From: Schmidtea nova
Lineage: Eukaryota
DNA length: 64,000 nt
Direction: 5' to 3'
Assembly: GCA_044892505.1 (NCBI GenBank)
Contig: CM097882.1
Span: 257,424,001-257,488,000 of the forward strand
The position numbers were made by a program, and so were the translations under genes. Numbering within the stretch: position 1 is the stretch's first letter; each line of letters opens with the position of its first letter. Positions 6,957 to 14,336 of the stretch are shown piece after piece. The notes beneath the pieces were generated by a model. The model was not told the DNA's origin. It did no database searches and saw nothing but the letters and a program-made list of their open reading frames with translations.

Positions 6957-9900
6957 CACAAGGAAACTGTCACGGTAGTGGACTCAGAAAATGTCCTAAC
7001 AATAACTGAAATGGAAATAGAACAATTAAATCAAATATCAGCGATACCACAAAGATTGGGGACGGAGCTGATGCAAAACCCGAGGGACGGGGAAACCATT
7101 AAGATGATAATGGATTTGATATTGGAGTTACGAATCCCAGTAGATACTCTTAGAGAGGTTATGCCGTTGGTGGTGCCCTTATTGAAAGAAACATCACCAT
7201 TTCAAACGCAAGCAAAGATGCTAGTAATCAAAAATGGGCATGCTATTAGACACCAGGATAATAGACAAGGTCCAGTTATGTTAGATATCAGGATACCCAG
7301 GAGAGGACACCTGATACAACAATTTTCGTGTTTCCATAAAGTCAAGAAACTGAGGAAGCGAGTATCGACAATAGTAAAAGAGTCATTTATAATAATGATA
7401 CACGGTTGTCAGGTTGATGACGACGAATATTTAGTGGATGTAGGATGTTTTCCTCAAGAGGAAACTATAGTATTGATATTATTGGTCGAGCTTCCAGAGG
7501 ACCAATGGGCAACACTGAGATTGCCAGATGATGCTGAGTTAGAGAAGGATGAGATCCCTCCCGAGCAGCAACAAGTAGGTGAAGATACCCGCCTACAGGC
7601 AGGGGAAACGGTAGATTTAGATGCAGAAATAGACAAATATTTACGGGAATTCGACAACACTGAGGATGAGTTGATCGAAATAATGCCACCTATAGAAGAT
7701 GAAAGTATAAGATTGAACCAAAATGAAACGAACATCGGAGCTAGTACTTCACAGGGAATTGGGCCACCAAGAGATAGGATGAGCCCGAGATTTGTTGAAA
7801 ACAGGAGAAAGAAGGAGAGAAGAGGGAGACCAAGAAAGAGTCAAATGAACCCGCCTCCAAGAGAACTCCTAAGGCCTATCACGATACAAAGCGTAAACAG
7901 GCAGGTTTTGGCAGGGATAGCCAGCCAAATTGATAAAGGCACAAGAGACTTTAGTGCTAAAACGGAAACATGGAGGAGATTGAACCAAATATTAAGACTG
8001 ATGAAGCCCGAGTGGCAAATCAAGAAAGATAAAGCTATAAATATTGAGAAAATTACAGACAAGATTAAACAAGCAATGAATAAGATTCCGGGAAGCACAA
8101 CTGAACAGGAATTGTTCGAGGTAGCAGGACAATTTATGCAAGAAGGATTGACAAAAGGGAAAATGATAACAATTTTAGCACTAATGTTTAAAAATACCGT
8201 AATAAAACTCAAGGATGATCCATCAGGAATTCAAGTAGCCTTGGACAGGCTGACTGATATTATTGAAGTGAATTTTGAAACGTGGATGACGGAACACAAG
8301 TTTTGGGAGACGAAGGAAACGAAAGGAAAGTATGAGATAAATGAGGAAATGTTGACAGAAAATGTCTCAAGTAATCCACGGGGAACAGGTGGATTCACAA
8401 ATTGGATGATGATGTTATTAGTAATGATGGGAATATTGAGACAGACAAACTCCTTAACAGCATACGACTGTAGCGAACCGATATTAGCACGGATTTACTC
8501 ATTAGTAGACACAGTGGAATGCAAGGAAGCATATCCAGATAAAGTTGCAAAACGAGAGGATGTAGAATACCATGTTTATCAGCAAACAGAGTTTTATAGG
8601 ACCAGGGTGAGGGAATGTCGAATACAGAGAGCGACATTTGAGTATTACTGTGGATCACACAGTTATACAGCGTTTCTAGTAGCTAAGCTCATTCCAGTAC
8701 CATTGATAATCCCACCAGAGGATTGCATAAATGCTTTTAGATCTAAAAATGTCAAAATAGATGACGAAGTGACAATCACAGCAGAGGAAGGAAAGAAGCT
8801 GGGTATAACGATTACCAGAGGAGGACCGATAGCAGATGATGGTTCTTGCACCGGTAGAAAGAAATTAAGAGGTTCTAATATTGTGAGTTATGTAGTAACA
8901 GTTGAGGATTACACTGTAGAGCTGATAGAATACGAAGGAACATTTGAAGTATCCACGGGTAAAATGATGTCCCATCCTGAATGTAATGTAAAGTTTGGGT
9001 ATTGTAAAACCAGCACAGCGGTACTAACATATCAATCAATGAGAGAATTTTGCGATTTGGGATACCTGAAAAAAGTAGTATTTTCAAGACTTGATGGGAA
9101 AAGTTTTGCAGCACAAGAGTCACACCAAAGCGGGTGGGGAGATAAGATAACTCACAAGACGAAAAAAGAGAAAGTATCCGAGAAAAGCACAGCAGTAGTT
9201 TTAGTCGCAAAGGATCCAACCGATGCTATCCGACTAGTTAGAAAGAAGCAGATAACAAAATGTGGTGTGCCAATATTCGAGACAAACTATAAAGGAATAT
9301 TCTTAGCATACAAATATGTTCCGGCAGCAGAAACATTACATTTGTCAGATATAAAAATAGCAAAATATATCAATAATAAAATTGACTTTTTGTATCATGA
9401 TTTACAGAAGCAATTGTTAGACGTTTATCAGGAAGTGATCTTGAATGATTGCCGTTTAAACAGGGAAATAATACGAAATAGATTAGCAACATCTATTTCA
9501 AACCCTGATTTAGTAATGCCAATGTTAACCGAGGAGGGAACATTTGGTAGAATTTTGGGAGAAGCAATTTATAGCTATCAATGCAAGGCGGTGGAGGTAG
9601 AAATAACCAAATACGATCAATGCACTTTAGAGCTTCCAGTAAAATATAAAGGAAAATTAAGATTTATGATACCAGTATCACATCAGTTGATGGGAGAAGA
9701 TGCGACTCCATTGAAGACAATTTGTAATCCAGCAATGTCACCGTTATATAAAATCAACAATATATGGATTTCCTTACCAGATAGGAAACCACCTTCTAAA
9801 CCAGTAGAAGTGTTGCAGGCGACTAAATTGGAAACTAAAATGGAGTTTCGACCATTAAATGAGATGTCAAAAGGGGGAGTATATACTCAGGAAGATATTG

Positions 9901-12602
9901 AAGAAGCTAGGAGAGCAATAGTGTTTCCTCAAATCAGAGATAGAGGAGTGACAGAGATAATAACTAGAATTTATCAATCATACGACGGTAAACCGGACTA
10001 TAATTTATTATTTGGACCGGAACACTACAAGCAAGCAGCATCAAACGTGATTCGGAGAATCTGGGGAAGATTCACAAGTTTCGGAATTTTTGTAGCAGGA
10101 TGTTCAGGCATATACGCTATAGTGATGATATTGAAAATAATCATATCACAATTATTTTCCACATATAGTATCTTCAAAATCGGAGGATGGTCTTGGAAGT
10201 TGCTATTGGGAATGTGCCCACTTTGTGCAGATTTCGCAGTATTTCATCATCACAATAAAGAAATCAAGAAAATGAAAAGACAAAATGTAACAAAGCACGA
10301 AATAATAAAGTATGAATATAGTCATCGAGACGATGACAATTCTGACGAGGGAGGTAACCTAGAGGGCGACAAGACCTCATATAACACCTCAACAAAACCA
10401 GACAACAAAAAACCGAATTTTCAAAATTTTGAAACTAGTACTTTTCAACAGTACCCTGTTAAAACAAAAAGACGAAAACAACAGGAATGGCCTGTGAAAT
10501 ATGTGTCACCATATGAAACTAGGAGAAAGATAATACCAGAAAAAGTGGAAGAGGAGATGTTGAGGCGTTTCGATTTTAGGACAAACGCAGGTATATCAGC
10601 ACCTCCTATACATTCAGAGTATCACATGAATTTCGAGACAATGCCACCTTTGGGAACATCGGTACTAGAAACAGTACCAAAATATCCGTTTAGCACGTTA
10701 GAGAGGCTAAAGGAAAATTATCAAGATGAAATAAAATCGGAAGACGACAGAGATAGCGAGAATCAACAGAAATTCAGAGATAATATTCGAGGAATATCAA
10801 CAGTGTTTATGGTAAATTCCAGCAAAAAGACGCACAAGCCTACAATTAAATTAAAGGTTAATAGGCATACGGTTCATGCCATTATCGATTCAGGATCAGA
10901 TGTAACACTGGTTGAAGCAAATTTATTAAATGAAAAAGAATTACAAGCAATAGTACCGACATTAACAATTACATCAGGAGCAAATGGTCAGCCAATCAAT
11001 GTTATCGGGACATTAGATTGTGAGCTGAGGCTATGTGATCAGAAATTTAGACACGATATCAAGGTCACCAGACAGTGTATGGCAGAATGTATCGTGGGAA
11101 TGGATATATTAAAAAAGTTAAAAGATATAGTATTTGATTGTGCGACAGGTGAATTGGTAAAAATGACGGGTAGAAAACGGAAAACATACAGTGTTGATGT
11201 AGTTTTTCTGGATAGATCTGTGAAAATACCACCAAGAACCGAAACAGTTTGTTTTGTGGCAACACACCAAGAGGTCGAGGGAGATGTTATTTTCGAACCC
11301 AGTGAGCAGTTCATGAACAGATATAAAACACCTATGGTGCAGAATTTGGCAACAGTACGGGGAGGAAGAATCCCAATTAGATTAACGAATCTAGCGAATA
11401 AATCATTGAGGTTGTACCCAGAGACAAGAGTGGGTAAAGTGATACAACTTTCCAATCCTAGGAAAGAGTCTGAATCAATATTATCGGTGAGCGAGGAGGA
11501 ACGAGATCCCGATATTGAGTATTACGATGCACCTAGTTGTGATAGTAAAACGTTAACGAGAAAAGAGAATATTAGAGTTAATCAATTATTACGAAAATAT
11601 GATCAAGTGTTCGCAAAGCACGAATATGACTTAGGGCAAGTTAATATTTTAGAGCATGAGATTAAACTAACAGAGAGTAAACCAATAAAGATACGTCCGT
11701 ATAGAATACCTCAAAGCATACAAGGGTCCGTGGATAAACAAATAAAATTAATGCAAAAATATAATATAATCAGACCAAGTAAATCTCCATATTCTTCACC
11801 CTTGGTGATTGTAGCTAAGAGAGATGGTTCCGTTAGATTGTGTAATGACTATAGGAAATTAAATGAACAAACTGTAAGTGATAATCACCCACTACCTTTG
11901 TTAGATTATATATACGATAAAATGAAAAATTCGAAACTGTTTACTGTGATGGATGCACAGAAAGGATTCTATCAAATAAAAATGAGCGAAGACTCAATTC
12001 CTATGACAGGATTTTCAACTAGTAGTGATCATTTTGAATATTTAGTAATGCCGTTTGGACTAAAAGGAGCACCTCCAACTTTTCAGAGGGCTATGAATAT
12101 TATGCTGATGGATGCACATCACGCAATGGTATATATTGACGACATTATCATTTTCTCGGAAAATTTAGATAAGCATTTAGAACATCTTGAGGATATTTTT
12201 AAACGGTTAATCATGGCAAACTTGAAAGTTAAACCAAGTAAATGCAAGTGGGCAGAATCAGAAGTGATTTACGTAGGGCATGTAATATCACACGATTGCG
12301 TAAAACCAGATCCGGCTAACACGGATAAAGTAAAGAATTTCCCGCAACCAGTGAACGTGAAACAAATTAAAGGATTTTTAGGGTTGACGGGATATTATAG
12401 AAAATTTATTAGGAATTTCTCTGCAATCGCTTTTCCTTTGACTACGTTAGAAAAGAAAGGAGTAAAATTTTTATGGGGAGAGGATCAGCAGCAAGTATTT
12501 GATAAGTTGAAAGATGCATTATGCAAACCTCCAATCTTACGATTTCCAGATTTTAAAAGACAATTCATGGTGATGACAGATGCATCGTTGGAAAAGAAGT
12601 AA
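6786..12602 (+). CDS. pol: Polyprotein in the -1 frame: Ubl modules, Bcl-2-like domain, class III envelope glycoprotein, aspartic protease, RT, truncated RNase H
   Basis: Single open frame from after TAG 6783-6785 to 12602. [11 protein letters not shown] protease (D at 10887), RT motifs [14 protein letters not shown] and YIDD (12132), [12 protein letters not shown], then FMVMTDAS, which runs into LTR sequence. Confidence 0.93.
   Translation: [1938 protein letters not shown]
7275..7487 (+). other. Ubiquitin-like domain 2
   Basis: [71 protein letters not shown] follows the beta-grasp pattern (V..L+..V; I.I.G.Q.DD..L.D.G....ETIVL). Confidence 0.65.
7878..8312 (+). other. Bcl-2-family-like domain within the polyprotein
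   Basis: BH1-like [22 protein letters not shown] vs Bcl-xL [22 protein letters not shown]; BH2-like [14 protein letters not shown] vs HLEPWIQENGGWDT (same W-x6-W); G-to-W spacing 42 vs 43 aa; N-terminal [12 protein letters not shown] resembles BH4 QSNRELVVDF. Confidence 0.78.
8394..10280 (+). other. env: Envelope glycoprotein of chuvirus-G / gB type (class III fusogen), embedded in the polyprotein
   Basis: Hydrophobic signal [20 protein letters not shown] then LTAYDCS; Cys-rich ectodomain ([37 protein letters not shown]); C-terminal [28 protein letters not shown] and GWSWKLLLG match the membrane-proximal/TM pattern of chuvirus-like glycoproteins found in LTR elements. Confidence 0.88.
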
Positions 12603-13117
12603 TTTCTAAACTTGCATAAAAATATTTATAATCGAGTAGAGAGTGAAAGATAAATTTATCTTTTTGGTTGTAAAATCATTATTGTTAATATTATTTTTTA
12701 AAGCGGATACAAAGTAACGAAGATTACTTTAGTATCCTCTGGGTGCCCCAAAATCATTCCTCTTGCTTATCCTCTCTAGTAAAAAAATTTCTTAGCGATC
12801 GTTGTGCTACTGAGGTGCCAACGATTTCTTGCAGACTGTCACAAACAGTAGGGATTAATTTAATCCGAGATCTTTCTTGTTCTGTACATCGATAAATTTT
12901 GTGAATAATTTGAATATTGTTTTGTAAATTGATTAAATAAAATTTGGAAATATAGTTAGTTTTCATTTACAGATTTTACCTGTTTTTAAAATACACGCAA
13001 CCACATTAATTTTGTTATATTTATATTTATTCATTTATTTGTTATATAACAATATATAGATATAAAATAGGAGTCAATTTGTGTTAAGATCAGCACCCCC
13101 ATCTTTTGATCTTGACA
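12584..13117 (+). repeat. Partial 3' LTR (534 bp, lacking the first 472 bp)
   Basis: Same length as 4095-4628 with no difference seen by eye; ends GATCTTGACA followed by TTAT. Confidence 0.95.
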
Positions 13118-13430
13118 TTATTATCAATAATATTTATTAGTAGCAATAATATTTATTATTATTAGTGTTGTATTAACATTATTCTTATACTCATAAAATT
13201 ATCATCATTAACATTATTATTATAAGCATAAAATTATTCTTATTAAAATTATTATGAATATGGTTAGCGGTAATTATAATGATTAGTATATTATTATTTT
13301 TACAGTTATTATTATTAGTAGTATTATTACCAATTATAAGTTTAATTATTATTGATATCATTATTATAAAAAGTAAATTATGGTCATTAATAATATGGTA
13401 ATATTATTATATTAAATTGTAAATTATTGT
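13118..13430. repeat. Degenerate ATT-rich tract flanking the LTR element
   Basis: Continues the low-complexity tract seen left of 3623. Confidence 0.8.
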
Positions 13431-13539
13431 AGTTGGTATTGAGATTACTCTACCATCTTATTTATAAGCTAAACTATTATTAGTATATATATTAATGGTA
13501 TTGAGTGGACTCTACCATTTTTAATAAATCAAAAGATAG

Positions 13540-14336
13540 ATTCGAGGACGAATCTTAAATAAAGGGGTGAGATATGTTGGGGTTATTATAAAAATCACAA
13601 AATTAACAAGAAATATCAAAATAAATAAAAATGCAAAAATTAATTAAAAGTTATCAAAAATTTAAAATTAATATTCACTAGGGGAAATGGGCATGGTTGA
13701 ATACCAAATCAAAGACGAACCCAAAAATAATAATAGAAATTTAATAAGGGGTCCCCAGAGAAAGTTATTTAATAAAAACAAACTAATTAAAATTAATTAA
13801 TCGCTCAATGGGAAACCCGAGACAATGGGAAGCCCGAGGCAATGGGAAACCCGAGCGATGAGGGAAGCCCGAGCGCAAAGAGACCCGAGAGATCAAAGTC
13901 GGGGCAATTAGGAAAAATCCATCCGAGGATAATTAAAATAATTTGTTAGCCAAACAATTAAACCCAATATTGGTTAACTTTTAGGTATCGATAAAACCTA
14001 ATTGCTATGTGCTAGAACTATAAAAGGCAGCGCAAAACAGAGGACGGGGCCGACGAGTGGACAGTTAAAAAGAGATTATTAAAAAGTCTTTGAAAACGAG
14101 TAAAGAAAGATCCTGAAGAAATTAAACAGACAAAGTAAGAAAGTATCCTGTTAACTAAAGAGTCAAATCCGAATCCAAAGAAAGCGTAAATTAATCAAAC
14201 GTGTGTGTAACAAAGATTGTAATTTGTGTTGATCGTGAATAAAAATTTGTTCTGTGTTGGGTTCATTAATTTCGATCATTAAAGAGCACGAGGAGTCAGG
14301 TCAGTAAACCGATCTTAACCAGAATAATAACCCAAC
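13540..14336 (+). mobile_element. Polypurine tract plus 3' LTR (13575-14336) of a second gypsy-like family
   Basis: GATTCGAGGACGAATC...AAAGGGGTGAGATA precedes TGTTGGGGTTATT; ends AATAACCCAACA (terminal inverted repeat); TATAAAA near 14019; AATAAA near 14238; a related PPT-LTR start lies on the minus strand at ~53780-53830. Confidence 0.8.

Larger units (their letters stand above)
3623..13117 (+). mobile_element. Env-bearing Ty3/gypsy-like LTR retrotransposon with gag-accessory-env-pol order; 3' internal deletion
   Basis: Termini TGTTAGGATCA...TGATCTTGACA; TTAT on both flanks; PBS after the 5' LTR; Gag, protease (DSG), RT (YIDD) and RNase H start (TDAS) in gypsy order; 534-bp LTR segment repeated at 4095-4628 and 12584-13117. 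Confidence 0.95.

Noticed and set aside
7908-7934. LAGIASQID as the BH3 motif
   Set aside because: Too far (78 aa) from BH1 and lacks the conserved Asp position; fits better as the alpha1/BH4 helix.
8850-8872. RKKLR as a furin site in Env
   Set aside because: Does not fit R-X-K/R-R or R-X-X-R in register.
5181-11455. Numerous short antisense ORFs over gag and pol
   Set aside because: Shadow frames of long coding sequence with no independent motifs.
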